NCBI RefSeq assembly: GCF_009914755.1
Contig: NC_060939.1
Source of the DNA: the human T2T-CHM13v2.0 reference genome, Homo sapiens
Length of the DNA stretch: 64,000 nt
Direction: 5' to 3' (one strand)
The translations under genes were made by a program, and so were the position numbers. Positions 40,639 through 55,694 of the stretch are shown here, piece after piece (position 1 is the first letter of the stretch; each line of letters begins with the position of its first letter). Under the pieces are notes generated by a model that saw only the letters and a list, made by a program, of their open reading frames with translations, did not search any database and was not told the DNA's origin.

Positions 40639-43600
40639 GAGACTTTTAATTGACAGACTGCATTGCATAAGCCAAAGGCCAACAGAGAGGTGACCTTTCA
40701 AATTACTGGCACAACAGGAGCCGAGATCAGAAAGCTCCAACTTAATGCAAACATCGACAAGAAATCCGACAGAAATGACTTCTGTGTCTGGTCAACTTAA
40801 CATAACATGACATATTGTCAAGCGCATTTTGCTTTTTAGGTAGAATTGTCTATAACGATTTAACTGCTTTAGAAAATATAAATGTGAAGATTTGTGGTAT
40901 TCGGGTTTATATATAAGATATTTCTACATTTAAAAGAGACAGAGTGGAAAAGCTTGATATAAGATTTGTAAAATATGTTTGTAATAATGCTAATGGAAGA
41001 GGTGAGAGTTGGGTGGGGTGCGGTGTAGATGGGAACATGGTTTGGGGATTGGGGAAAGGGAAGTCATGCTGTAAATAAAATAGTGAGGCATGTTGTATAA
41101 AGTGTGTTTTATGTCTCAATTGAAATGTTATAGGGAGAAATTTAAAATAGATCATGATTGGTTTTGAATCTGATTTCTAATTTTAAAATGTTATGAGCTT
41201 TTGTTGCTTTCCTATTTCATACACATTTCTTTATGGGTTTCACTTAGACTGCATGAAATTGCAGATGCCAATTACCTTTCAATAAAATTAAATTCACATA
41301 TATGTATAATTTGCATGTATATATTCACGGAATTTTTTATTCTATACGTGACATTATTTTTAAATGGTTTATCAATGACATAACGTATAATTTTTCTATA
41401 CTTTCAGTTTTCTGGTTTGGATTTTTTCTGGCAACACTAATTTTCACCTACCTATACTCATTGATAGTATAAAGTTGTACAAGTGCATATTTTACCATGA
41501 TTACAGTTGAATAGATGACTGGAGGTACATCTATGATGACTAATACTTTCTAAACACATATTTACCTCTCATATATCTGTGTAAATGATTGTAAGAGGAA
41601 GGGGAAAATAGAGATGTATCATTAGGTATACTGTCTTAAAGCACATTCAGCTGCTCTCATGTTTGGAGAATTTTGAATGTGATGAATGTTTCTCTTTCAC
41701 CACTAACAGATTGTGTGTGTGAGCCAGATTTTATTGCAAGTGTTTGAAAGACTATTGCAAATATCGGATATTGCCAGACAGTTGGTAAAAAGCAAATTGA
41801 GTCTATTGAGAAATTAATTCACCAGCTGAAGGAAGTACATTTGCCTTACAGTCATCAGATATTCTACCCACCAGACTCATCTCCGAGATAGCATCCTAAT
41901 GAGCTTCCTAAACCAACTAAACATAAGCAGGAAGCATCAGTCGTCAAAACTGACTCTTTTCAGCCAATCAGCTGACTGCACAAACTGCATGGCATTGAGG
42001 AAAGGAAGAACATTCTGGAAGTTTTTTTTTTCATTCTGCCCTCACTTTGTTGGTTTCTGTTTTACAGATGCAGTGTCATGCGCAGAACCCTGTAAATGAG
42101 CATAGTTCATTCAAGTATATAAAGTGCTTTCGTGTATTATTATTCAGTGGAATAAAATGAATGTTAACAGGCTTAAGTGATTTTCCTAAAGGCACACAAT
42201 TAATGTATGGCTGGAATTCAAAATCGGGTCTTTTCCTCTGTTCTGATTGTTCTATAAATAGGGGTGTAGTGATTGATTTTCTACCCACCATGACAGGGAA
42301 TAGGTTCAAAACTTAAAACCCTGTTCATTTTATAATTAGGTAGACTCAAATGACAGGTCAAGGCAGGGAGGGGAGCCGGTCATTTTTATTTCCATATGGG
42401 TTTGCTCCTTCAAAGACAGGATTGGGGTAGCAGGGTCAGTTCCTACAGGTTATAACGATCTTAATGATAAAGTTAACTAACCATAACTGAATACTCATAA
42501 TGTGCTAGCACTTTTCATAATGTATCCCAAATAATACTCACAAAACCTTCCAAATAAATATTACCTTTTTGTTATCTTTGTTTTATTTTGTTTTGTTTTG
42601 TTTGAGACAGGGTTTCAGTCTGCTGCCCAGGCTTTAGTGCTGTGATGCAATCATGGTTCACTGCAGCGTCAAACTCCTGGGCTCAAGCAATCCTCCCACC
42701 TCAGCCTCCCAAGAAGCTGAGACTACAGGCATGCACCACCACTCCCAGCTCCAAATAAATATTCTTATCCCATTTTACTGATGCAGAAAAACGTATGGCC
42801 CAGAGAAGTAATGTTAAGTTTATTGGGGGATTTAAGTTGTAAAAAATTATTTTATCGAACCCTAATGTAAACTATGGACTCTAGGTGATAGTGATGCGTC
42901 AGTGTAGGTTCATCGATTATAACAAATGCATCATTCTGGTGCAGGATGTTGACAGTGGGGGAAGCTGTGTGTGTATGGGAGTAGGGAGTCTATGGGAACT
43001 CTTCTACTTTCCACTCAGTTTTGCTGTGAGTCTAAAACTACTCTAAAAAATGAAGTTTATTAATCAAGAAAAAAATTCTTATATTTTATGAATATATGGG
43101 ACAGCTATTCATGTATGTGGTAAAAATGAAGAGATTTGTTACAGTACTCGGCAGGAGTGTGTCTAATATGACTGATATTCATGTGTCACATAAAAACTGG
43201 CTTCATAACCAATCTGTAGATTCATTTCATTTGTGTATGTTCACTTAAGGGCGCACACATGGAAACCCTTTGGTGTTATTAGAGGTCTGTTGGGAGGGCT
43301 CCTCTTTGGTGGAAGCTATGTCTATTTCTTAAAAGTGATTTAAGAGTAAGATGTGAAATAGCACTCGCCCCCGAGGATGGAGCCAACAGAGGATAGGGGA
43401 GTTATTTGATGCTGTCTCTGAGAGACTGGAGAGAGGAATATAAAAAGTTTATTCCTTAAGAAAGAATAGGGGAGGACTTCCTTACCTGATATCTCAGATT
43501 ATGAAGCTACAGTTCTCTCCCTGCTTTAGGGAAAAATAATAATAACAGACTTTTGCAAAAATCAATTACTGAACATATTCCTATATTCTAGATTTATAAT

Positions 43601-43735
43601 GAAGCATTTTTGTACATATTCATTAAAAAGAGTAATTAAAATATTTTTCTCTGGTTTATAGTAACTAGGATGGCAACACAGATATATCTTGGAAGTATTT
43701 CGTGGTATGATTCTTCAACATAAAACTATTCTTAA

Positions 43736-44190
<455 letters not shown>

Positions 44191-44794
44191 TTTTCAAAGC
44201 TGTTTGAGGGCATTTATCAGGCTTTTAACTCTAGGTACTCTTTCCCGCAGTGTGAAGGCCAAGAGAAGGGATCCTGGGCTCTCTTCCCTGGCCCGAGGAC
44301 GGGAATTCAGGGGGAAAATTCTTATCTACTCTTACCCCACAAAAGAAAACTTATTCATCAGTTGTCAAGCTAAGGAGCTTCAGAGTCCATAAAGAAGGAA
44401 ATTGCTAAGAGGTTATCAGTAGTGTCCACCCCCCATCCCCACCTGGGGTCACATGGAGAATGATGGTGGGGGCGCCGATCTTGTCCTACTTCAGGTGAAA
44501 AGCAGGGGTGTGGGGGGGTTTCATTGTGAAGGGCTCCTTTGTTAAAATTCCTTCCAATTCCAGGAAAAACATGCACTCCAAAACCATTATCTCTTTTACT
44601 TTGTACTAGGGGACTTTTAGGAAAGAGAGAGAGGAGAAAGAAGAGGGCAAAACAACTGCAGTGAATTTAGTCACCTCTCCAATTGCCTTTCTTGTTGCAG
44701 AATATTTCACATTCCAGGAGTTTCCTTCTTGACCTCTGGACTGTTGATACACCCAAGATCTTAATATGTTTTCAATCACAGGTTAAAGACATCA

Positions 44795-47240
44795 AGCGCC
44801 AGATCGCTTGGGCCTAGGAGTTCCAGACCGGCCTGGACAGAATAGTGAAACCCAGTCACATTTTTTTTTTTTAAGGGGGAGATTTGCTCTTGTTGCCCAG
44901 GCTGGAGTGCAGTGGCGAGGTCTCGGCTTGCGGGACCTCTGCCTCCCGGGTTTGGATGGTTCTCCTGCCACAGCCTCCCGAGTGGCTGGGATTGCGGTGT
45001 GAGCCACCATGCCCGACTAATTCCCTAACTGTGCAACTGCAAGGTCACTAAATAAACTCAAGTCACAAAACATATTTTTCCTTAAATAGTAAAAAATAAT
45101 ATAATGTATGTTTCAATTAAATAAGTATCTTTGTTTCTCGCTTCTATAATATGTTTCTCCCTGCACAGATCTCCCCCTTCGCCCCACATAATGCTTGAAA
45201 GGTAACTCTTGGTTCAGTACTCAATCCTTTAAATGTTAATCCGACTGGGCGGGTGCACCTAAATAATTAATAAATGTTCTCCTAAATCCCATGAGTCTAT
45301 CTAATTCCTTAAAAATCCCGCTACAGGATTGCAGGTGTGAGCCACCGCAGCCCAGGCCAATTTATTAATCAGAGAGGAATAGATGGGCCTGGCTTGGTGG
45401 CTCGCGCTTGTGATCCAAGGACTTTGGATGGCAGAGCACTGGGGATCATTTGAGCCTAGGAGATCCAGACAGGCCTGGGCAACATGGTGAAACTCGGTCT
45501 CTCTCGTTTTTTTTGTTTTTTTTTTTTTTGAGGCGCAGTTTCGCTCTTGTTGCCCAGGCTGGAGTGCAGTTGTGCAGTCTCGGCTCCCCGCCGCCTCCGC
45601 CTCTTGGGTTTGGATGGTTCTTCTGCCTCAACCTCCCTAATGGCTGAGATTGCAGGTGTGAGCCACCATGCCTGGCTAATTTTCTTTTTTCTTTTTTTTT
45701 TTGGTACACACAGGGTTTCCACCTGTTGGTCAGGCTGGTCTCAAACTCAGGACCTCAGGTTATCCGCCCGCCTTGGCTTCCGGGGGTGCTGGGATTGCAG
45801 GCGTGAGCCAGCACACAAAGCCCAACTGATTAATCAGAAAGGAATAGATCGGCCTGGCGTGGTGGCTCACGCTTGTGGTCCCAGGACGTCGGACGGCCGA
45901 GCGCGGGGGATCGATCACTTGAGCCTAGGAGTTCCACACCGGCCTGGGCAACATGGTGAAACCCGGTCTCTCTTCTCTTTTTTTTTTTGGTACAGACAGG
46001 GTTTCTCCATGTTCATCAGGCTGGTCTCAAACTCCCGACCTCAGGTTATCCACCCGCCTCCTCGGCCTCTGGGGGTGCTGGGATTGCAGGCGTGAGCCAG
46101 CGCGCCCAGCCCAGTTTATTAATCAGAAAGGAATAGATCGGCCTTGCATGGTGGCTCACGCTTATGATCCCAGGAATTTGGACGGCTGAGCGCGGCGGAT
46201 CGCTTGAGCCTAGGAGTTCGTTCCATACTTGCCTGGGCAACATGGTGAAACCCGATCACTTTTTGTTTTGAGGCGGAGATTGGCTCTTGTTGCCCAGGCT
46301 GGAGTGCAGTGGTGAGGTCTTGGCTCAACGGGCCTCCGCCTCCCGGGTTTGGGTGGTTCTCCTGCCACAGCCTCCCGAGTGGCTGGGATTGCAGCGTGAG
46401 CCACCATGCCCAGCTCATTTTGTTTTTTGTTTGTTTGTTTTTGTTGTTGGAGATGGGGTTTCTCCATGTTCATAAGGCTGGTCTCAAACTCCAACCTCAG
46501 GTTATCCGACCGCCTCGGCCTCCCTGGGTGTTAGGATCGCAGGCGTTAACCACCACGCCCGGCCCAATTTTTAATCAGACAGGAATAGATCGGCGTGGTG
46601 TCATGGCTCACGCTTGTGATCCCAGGACTTTGGACGGCTGAGCGCGGTGAATCGCTTGAGCCTAGGAGATCCAGACCCGCCTGGGCAACATGGTGAAACC
46701 TGTTTTTTTGTTTTGTTTTGTTTTCGAGGCGGAGTTTCCCTCTTGTTGCCCAGGCTGGAGTGCAGTGGCGTGGTCTCGGCTCCCCGGGCCTCCGCCTCCC
46801 GGGTTTGGGTGATTCTCCTGCTTCAGCCTCTTGAGTGGCTGGGATTGCAGGCGTGAGCCACCATGCCCGGCTACTTATTTATTTATTTATTTATTTTGGT
46901 TGAGATGGGGTTTCTCCATGTTGGTCGGGCTGGTCTCCAGCTCCTAACCTCGGGTGACCCGCCGGCCTCGGCCTTCCGGGGTGCTGCGATTGCAGGCCTG
47001 AGTCACCGCGCCTGGCCCGAAACCCAGTCCCTTAACTGAAAAACAAAACAAAAACCACAAAGATTAGCGGGGCCTGGTGGGCCCGGCGGGTAGTCCCAGC
47101 TACTCTGAAGGCTGATGTAGGAGGATTGCTTGAGCCGGAGAGGGGTGGGGGTGAGGTGGCAGTGAGCCATCATGGCGCTGCTGCAGTCCAAACTGGGCGA
47201 TAGAGCGGGACTATGTCTCAGGAAAACAGAAAGGAAAAAA
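44795..47240. repeat. Tandem array of [~28-bp spacer + forward Alu left arm + inverted AluS] units, ending in the forward right arm
   Basis: Spacer ttaatcaga(a/g/c)aggaatagat at ~45365, 45830, 46119 and 46571; a partial fifth unit at 44795; shared private variants across units. Confidence 0.92.
45023..45326 (+). mobile_element. 3' part of an ERV LTR inside the Alu array
   Basis: ttaatccgactgggcgggtgcacctaaataattaataaa (poly(A) signal)...cccgctaCA terminus; replaces the middle of an inverted Alu. Family not determined. Confidence 0.6.
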
Positions 47241-47994
47241 AAAATAAAAGTACATAAAATTGCTAAATCAAGGAACAGAGCTTGACAGTATATTATTGAG
47301 AGAAATAGAGGCAAAGGTGAGCAGACACCAATGTTCACTTAGTGGAACTGCAGGTGTCCCCAGACAGGAGGCTGCTACTTTTCGAAAAGAAATCTATTAT
47401 TGACAACAACAACAACAAAAAAGGTGGTTTGTTAAAATATACAAATAGCTAAACTTTATATAGCCACGACCCTCTTCTAGCACTGCTCTAAGCCTTTTCC
47501 TCCTCTGGAATAGCTACTATTGTTACCTCCATTGTAGAGAAAACAGATGCCAGAGGTTGTTGTGGAAGGACCAGGGAAACTGACTAGGAAATCGACTTGT
47601 AAGTTTAGGACTTAAAGGTTCTTCCTGTTTTGCTCCTTACATTGCCACATTTTAGTTAACATACCTCTTAAAATACTGGTCCTTTCTATATTTGGAGGGA
47701 TTCGTGTTGCAGTTTGAAGTTTTTTCTTGCACTAAGCATTTGGTCAGAAGATCATGTGCGTTTTATGTCAGTTTTAAGTTAAACATTGTTCAGTAAGGAA
47801 TGTAAATATGAGCAAACAGTTACCTGATTAAATAGAAAACCTAGAAGAAAAATCACCTATGAGAAAGTCAAGAAAATGTGAACTCTGGATTTGTGGCTAT
47901 TTTCAGAATATTAATTTTTTGGTATTTAATGGCATTGTGAATATATTTATTTTTAAAAATTCCTTGTCTTCTACAGATACATATACGGTAATTA

Positions 47995-48506
<512 letters not shown>

Positions 48507-48799
48507 TTATTGAACTCATGCACACGTCCCTTGATAAGTGGGGCTGCTTCCCCATTACTCTCTCAAAAGAAAACCTTAATTTACTATGTGACCTCTAAGT
48601 ATCTCAGCTGAAAATTGTAAAGATAGAAAGGTAAATCAAAAGATGCAGATAATCATGCACTTAATGAAGCGCTAAATCAAAGTATTTTTGGCACATGTGA
48701 AAGAGTTTCATTTTATCACATTTTTTACTGGTACTATAGCTATTTGCAAGTACATATAAAACTACAGTGTTACATATAAACTACCAAAAAGCAACTTTT

Positions 48800-49746
48800 T
48801 TTAAAAATTTTATTATTATTATACTTTAAGTTTTAGGGTACATGTGCACAAAGTGCAGGTTAGTTCCATATGTATACATGTGCCATGTTGGTGTGCTGCA
48901 CCCATTCACTAGTCATTTAGCATTAGGTATATCTCCTAATGCTATCCCTCCCCCTCCCCCCCACCCCACAACAGGCCCCGGTGTGTGATGTTCCCCTTCC
49001 TGTGTCCATGTGTTCTCATTCTTCAATTCCCACCTATGAGTGAGAACATGCGGTGTTTGTTTTTTTGTCCTTGTGATAGTTTGCTGAGAATGATGGTTTC
49101 CAGTTTCATCCATGTCCCTACAAAGGACATGAACTCATCATTTTTTATGGCTGCATAGTATTCCCTGGTGTATATGTGCCACATTTTCTTAATCCAGTCT
49201 ATCATTGTTAGACATTTAAGTTGGTTCCAAGTCTTTGCTATTGTGAATAGTGCTACAATAAACATATGTGTGCATGTGTCTTTATAGCAGCATGATTTAT
49301 AGTCCTTTGGGTATATACCCAGTAATGGGATGGCTGGGTCAAATGGTATTTCTAGTTCTAGATCCCTGAGGATTTAGACACACTGACTTCCACAATGGTT
49401 GAACTAGTTTACAGTCCCACCAACAGTGTAAAAGTGTTCCTCTTTCTCCACATCCTCTCCAGCACCTGTTGTTTCCTGACTTTTTAATGATCGCCATTCT
49501 AACTGGTGTGAGATGGTATCTCATTGTGGTTTTGATTTGCATTTCTCTGATGGCCAGTGATGAGCATTTTTTCATGTGCTTTTTGGCTGCATAAATGTCT
49601 TCTTTTGAGAAGTGTCTGTTCATATCCTTTGCCCACTTTTTGATGGGGTTGCTTGTATTTTTCTTGTAAATTTGTTGGAGTTCATTGTAGATTCTGGATA
49701 TTAGCCCTTTGTGAGATTAGGTTGCGAAAATTTTCTCCCATTTTGT
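48800..49746 (-). mobile_element. 5'-truncated L1PA (ORF2 C-terminus + 3'UTR)
   Basis: [34 protein letters not shown] and IKKMWHIYT peptides; ttattatactttaagttttagggtacatgtgc 3' end; degenerate TSD caaaaagcaactttt / caaaaaacagctttt. Confidence 0.93.
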
Positions 49747-50325
49747 CAAAAAACAGCTTTTTAAGAAATGAGACTAATCTAGCAACTTTATTGAGAGGAC
49801 GTGAAGTGTTTGCTTAGGAATGGTGCAATTGGTGGTGGTTGTGGACATGTGAGATGTAAGATGCCTCAACTTCCAATGTTGTTCAGAAGCAATCCAGCTT
49901 TCTGAATTATTCTTATGAATTCTGGATTTGAAACAGTAACTTCCCAAATGGCAGGGGCTTTCAGCAGAGAGGAACCTGGAGGGACCCTGTCCCTGACACC
50001 TTCTGGGTTGTCAGCTCCAGATCAAAAGAACTCCTGATTTGGAAAAAGCTTCTTGAAAAGAAGAGGGGAGGTGACCTTGGTGAAGCCTCTGGGGACATGA
50101 GCTATTTTTAGGGCTTTTGGCAGGAAAAGAGCTTTTGAAAACGGAGATAAGGCATGGTATTAAAAAGGCTTACATTGGAGAAAGAAGTCATAAAACTCCA
50201 TACAGTTAGGGCAATAGTTTTGTTTTTTACTAGGACAGCATCAGTTTATTGGAGTATTTATATAACATAAGCAAGGTCTCTTGATACTTTAACAATTAAC
50301 AACTGGATTTTATTTTCTACTATAG

Positions 50326-50393
50326 GTGCAGTTTATCATTCTGAATCCAAAGCCAAGGAATATAAACATGTATGCAAACGAGCTTGTCAGAGG
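50326..50393 (+). pseudogene. TASP1 (taspase-1) duplicated exon, GA(V)YHSESKAKEYKHVCKRACQ(R)
   Basis: ttttctactatag|68 bp|gtatca; matches recalled TASP1 GAGYHSESKAKEYKHVCKRACQK. Confidence 0.88.
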
Positions 50394-50449
50394 GTATCAA
50401 CGCAATGTGTATGATCTATGCGTTTCAGTTTTGAACATAAAGCAGTGGC

Positions 50450-51290
<841 letters not shown>

Positions 51291-53639
51291 GGTTGGGGGC
51301 ACCATCTGGACGGGGATGGTTCCCCAGGAGGAGACCCTCCCCTGCCTCCGAGGCCTGCCTGCTCCCCTCAAAAGCTTCGTGCCAACAGAGAGGTTCCTGT
51401 TTGGACCCAGGAGAGTGGAAGAGAGATTGGGACTGAGTGCTGAGGTTGGGAAGGCACCTGCTCCCACAGAAGGGGGAACGCAAGGGGCGTCCCAAGACCT
51501 CATCTGCCTGCAGCGTCACACCGATGGCCTGGCCTTGTCTTCTGATTATTTGCAACTGCCATGGATGTTTACAGGAACCCAGCCAGAGTTTGCCTCCCTG
51601 CACTTCATCCCAGAGCGCACCTGCTTCCCCCACTTCACCTTCGGAGAGGACACTTCAAACTGCGGACACACGCAAAAGCAACTCCCAGCTCTGTTTGATG
51701 TGAGTTGAGCCTTCAGGCCAGCTGGGTTTAGCCCGAGGCTGGTCTTAGATGCAGCGACTGTTTCAGAGTGACTCAGAAGAAAAAGAAGCTGAGGAAGCTG
51801 TTGGGGGGCTGAGGATGGGATTCTCGCTTCTTCATTTCAGGTTACTCGTTCCTCAGCAAGTTGGCAAAACAGATATCATGCTGGTGAGTGCCACGTTACT
51901 CCCCTGGCTGGAAATGCTTTTCTGAAAGTATGAGTGTCGTGCCTACTTAATTCTGATAAACCTGTTTAAGCAATACTTAGGAGGCTGACTTCTTTGGATT
52001 AAAAAAATGTATGCAACTCCAAAAAAAAAAAGAAATTCAACATTTAAAAGTTTCATTTCTAGGGCAGTCTTCCGGTTTGGACTACAAAATTATTTTGCTT
52101 GTTTTTGTAGGGGATCGTTTTGTGTTGTTTTGTGTCTTTCTCCACATGATGCTTAGCTCTTTCCCCACTTCCCAGATTAAAGTCTGTATTTTTGTAATTG
52201 TGGGCACACAATCATATCTCTTTTAATCTTTGCAACGATGTTGAACTTCTGTAGACAGAAGGATAGAGAAAACAGCTTGAAGGCAGTCAGTGTGTTTTTC
52301 CATGAAAGGAAAAAAATAAATAAAAAAATTAAAATGGGTGCTTTTTTAAGAGAGATTGTCCTATACTTTTTCATTCTGTTTTTCATCACGTAGTTTGTAT
52401 CATAGCAAGTTCATTGTCATTGCAGAGTTCAGCTTTGCCCTTGTACTCAGTTGTGCTTTTTTCCCATTGGTTTTTGAGGTTTTGCTAAATTGTTGAATAT
52501 TTAATGTGGGGACAGGAATGGACTCAGAAGAAATGTTTTTTATTTTGATTCTTACTAGTCTTGTAGGCAAACCTTCCATTACTTTTTATGCAAATAGAAT
52601 CTAGTTGAATATTGTATATCAAGTAAATATGCGTTTCTCTCTGCTCTTTTCATTGATATTTACATAACATTAAAAAGATTATACTTTATCAGAGATTCAA
52701 GCTTTTTCTTATGAATGAAGCCCTATAAATAAGAATATTTTGTTACAGGGATTTTGTTCTTTTGAAATTTATAATAATAAAGCTAAAAGTTCTCTAAGCT
52801 GTTTTATATTTTTTCTTATTTTTCAAAGTGTGAAATTTTTCTGTCATCTGAAAATAAATTTTATATAACTATAGTCCTAGAAATCTAATACATTTGAATT
52901 GTGTATTTAGCCTCTTTAATATTTCCAATGAATACACGTCTTAAAAGTTTAATTAGGAATACAGTTCTTAGTTTTTGAGCTTTCTCTTTGTTGACTAAAT
53001 TGAAATGTTAATAATTCATTTATAAATGACTTTTCCTTCTCTCTCTTTTCCTCTCCTAATTTATGCTCAAGGCCAGGTGATTTTATAGACCTTTATTCTG
53101 TGTAGTTTATATTACAAAATAATATGTTACATCTTGATTTAGAATTTACATTATAGTATCCAAAATGTTTTTGTCAAATGTGTGCTTTTATCCTCAGATT
53201 CTGGCGCCCCGTGACTCAGAGTCACTTCTTTTTAGGTATGGAGAGTACTAACGGGGAGGAGAAATGATTCGTTTGAGATTTAGTTATCTATATAAAATAC
53301 GAATTCTCAGGATATTTGAACCAAACTGGGTCATACGATTTCTGTGGCTATTTTGAATAGCCTTACAATGAATTAAGCTAACTAAATTCCTTGTACTTTT
53401 CATTTAATAGCTAGATGTTATTGTTTTAATTTGAAGAATATTAAGTGAGCCATATTACCAATTAACCTGAATATAAACACTTGCTTGTTTTTACTCTGAG
53501 TAGTTTATGTCTTAAAGTATGGAATGGAACTAGTGGTCAATTTTTATTAATCTAAGCGTCTCCCATACTTCTTTAAGCTTTTGGAAAGTTTGAGAAGTTG
53601 TGATTTTGCAATGAATAATCTCTCCCCTTGGTTTCATAG

Positions 53640-53708
53640 GCAATTGAAAAGCTGCAGGCCGGTGCTCTTGCAACTGACGCAGTCACTGCAGCACTGGTGG
53701 AACTTGAG
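53640..53708 (+). pseudogene. TASP1 duplicated exon AIEKLQAGALATDAVTAALVELE
   Basis: ctccccttggtttcatag|69 bp|gtattt; matches the recalled TASP1 peptide that directly follows the 50326 exon, in phase. Confidence 0.9.
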
Positions 53709-54759
53709 GTATTTCTTTTCTCTGTTTTATTGAAAATATTAGTGAGTTTATCTTTGTTGTTCTTAAATGACATGAAACTGTTGAGTTAGTCAACCATAAA
53801 TTATATGACCAGTGTTGCCCACCAGTATTAGCACAGTTATGAAGAAGCCTATGATATTGTTGTTTTCATTGGTGACTTTTCTGAGTAATATAAAAGTTGG
53901 TTAAATTCCTTTCTTTTCTTGATTTTTTTTTTTGTGAGATTCGTGAATACAAAAGTTAGTGATTGGATACTGAAGTTTCTAATTTTCAGTAGGAAAATCC
54001 TTGAAGTTAACCCCCAAAAAATGATGTATGTTCTGTTGTTTAAAAATAAATTCCAACTGTCCAAAGTGCCTAAAGTAGAAGGGGAAGATTCTTCACGAAC
54101 CTAACGGTTAGATGTATGTCCTGAAATTGTGTGCTGTGAAGTGTGCCTTGTCCCAGTGTTACGGTTAGGTTTGTCCCCAGTTTACTGTGGACATCGAATA
54201 ATTGAGTGGGGAGGCTCTCACGTTTGCCATAATTTTTTATACTCTAGAGTGAGGTCCTCTTAGTTCTCTTGATTTGGACCCTTGATGAATTCGTGCAGGG
54301 GATGTTGAGGTCTTCAGAAGATTGACTTGCTGCTCAAACTTGGAGAAGATAGATTTGTATCTATCAGTTGAGAGGATTATCGTGAAAAATATTTTTCTGG
54401 TTGAGAATACTCCTTAGGGAATCAAGTAAGACATGATGACGAAACAATGATGAGTTTGAGGGAGGAGATGATAGTTAAAGGCGACATTTCCAGGTTGACT
54501 GGGTTGTGGCCCTTGTATTCAGGCTCTCATACCAGGGCACGCACCCTTTCATGCCTTTCCTTGTGAAAATTGCCCAGGTGTTTACCAAAAGTCCTAGCTG
54601 TGTTTTCTGTATATTCTCATGCTTAATTGTGGACCTGAGCTTTTGATCATGCTTTGTAGATTTTAATTTCTCTTGGTAATGTCAGATTGGTCCTAATGTA
54701 GTCAAGGAAGGTGAAAGTATATGGTGGGCACCTAGTTCTATTGAATCTTACATGGGGAT

Positions 54760-55000
54760 GTGTGATGCCCTCCTAATATGACTGATACATTTCATGCCAG
54801 CTCTACCAGTCATTAGCCATGTGTCCATGGGTGTGGCACAGTCTGTCCTTGACTCAGTTTCCCTATTTATGAGGATAATAATTCCCACTTCACAGAGTTG
54901 TGAAGATTAACTGAGTTCATATATGACTAATACAGGACAGTCTCTTAGAACAGTGTGTGGTACGTAGTAAGCACCCATAACTGTTAGCAATTATTACAGT
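54760..55000. mobile_element. MIR
   Basis: ctcagtttccct...ataataat.ccc.cttcacagagttgtgaagattaa...tagtaagcac. Confidence 0.65.
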
Positions 55001-55694
55001 TATGAGGTGCTTTGGAAGTGGTATGTATGAGATGAATATTTATGGTAACTATTAATGACAAGTTTTACAGCATCAAAGAAAGGTTAATTATATGTTGAGG
55101 ATCAGAGGAGAAAAATGACATAAGAAAGAAGATAGATGTATTTACCACCAAATGTTACCTTTACTCCAAACAGACACACAAAGAGGGCTTCATCTAACTT
55201 AACTAATTCAATTGTTAGTTGAAAATTACTTGCATGGAGTCAGCATAGGTTTGGGAAAGAAGGTTATTGAGTAGCTGGAGAATATACTAGAATGGCAACC
55301 ATGAATGCAAAACTGAATAAAATTAAGTTTCTCTTTTTATCTTAGAATAACTTTAATTTTCCTAAGTCATACTTATATATCATGTTTAATATTTCATTCT
55401 ATTTTCCCCTAGTGTTGAATCTGACTTTTAAGGGGTTTACTTATTTATACTTAAAGATGATAAGAATACATTTTGAAATAATGAGTTTCTCCTGAGTAAG
55501 TGGACTTATAGTTTTGGATAACTTGTGTTTTTTTAAGAGTGTGGATATGAATTTAAAGGAAAACAATTTCTTGTTCTATTATTTTTGATTGGAATAAGTC
55601 ATAAGGATAATGGTAGCATAGAATTCTTCCCCAAGTGACTTTAGTGCATCCCACACCTCAACTTTCAATTATTTTATTTTACATATATGTATAT

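Noticed and set aside
44795-47240. CRISPR-like or satellite interpretation of the array; Alu-derived ORFs such as 45547-46095
   Set aside because: Units are Alu sequence with a constant spacer in eukaryotic DNA; the ORFs are Alu translations, partly lengthened by TAG>TGG-type changes.
50393-50448. GGTATCAACGCA and AAGCAGTGG resemble halves of the SMART cDNA adapter
   Set aside because: Wrong order, ~35 bp apart, and the first overlaps the TASP1 splice donor; most likely chance.
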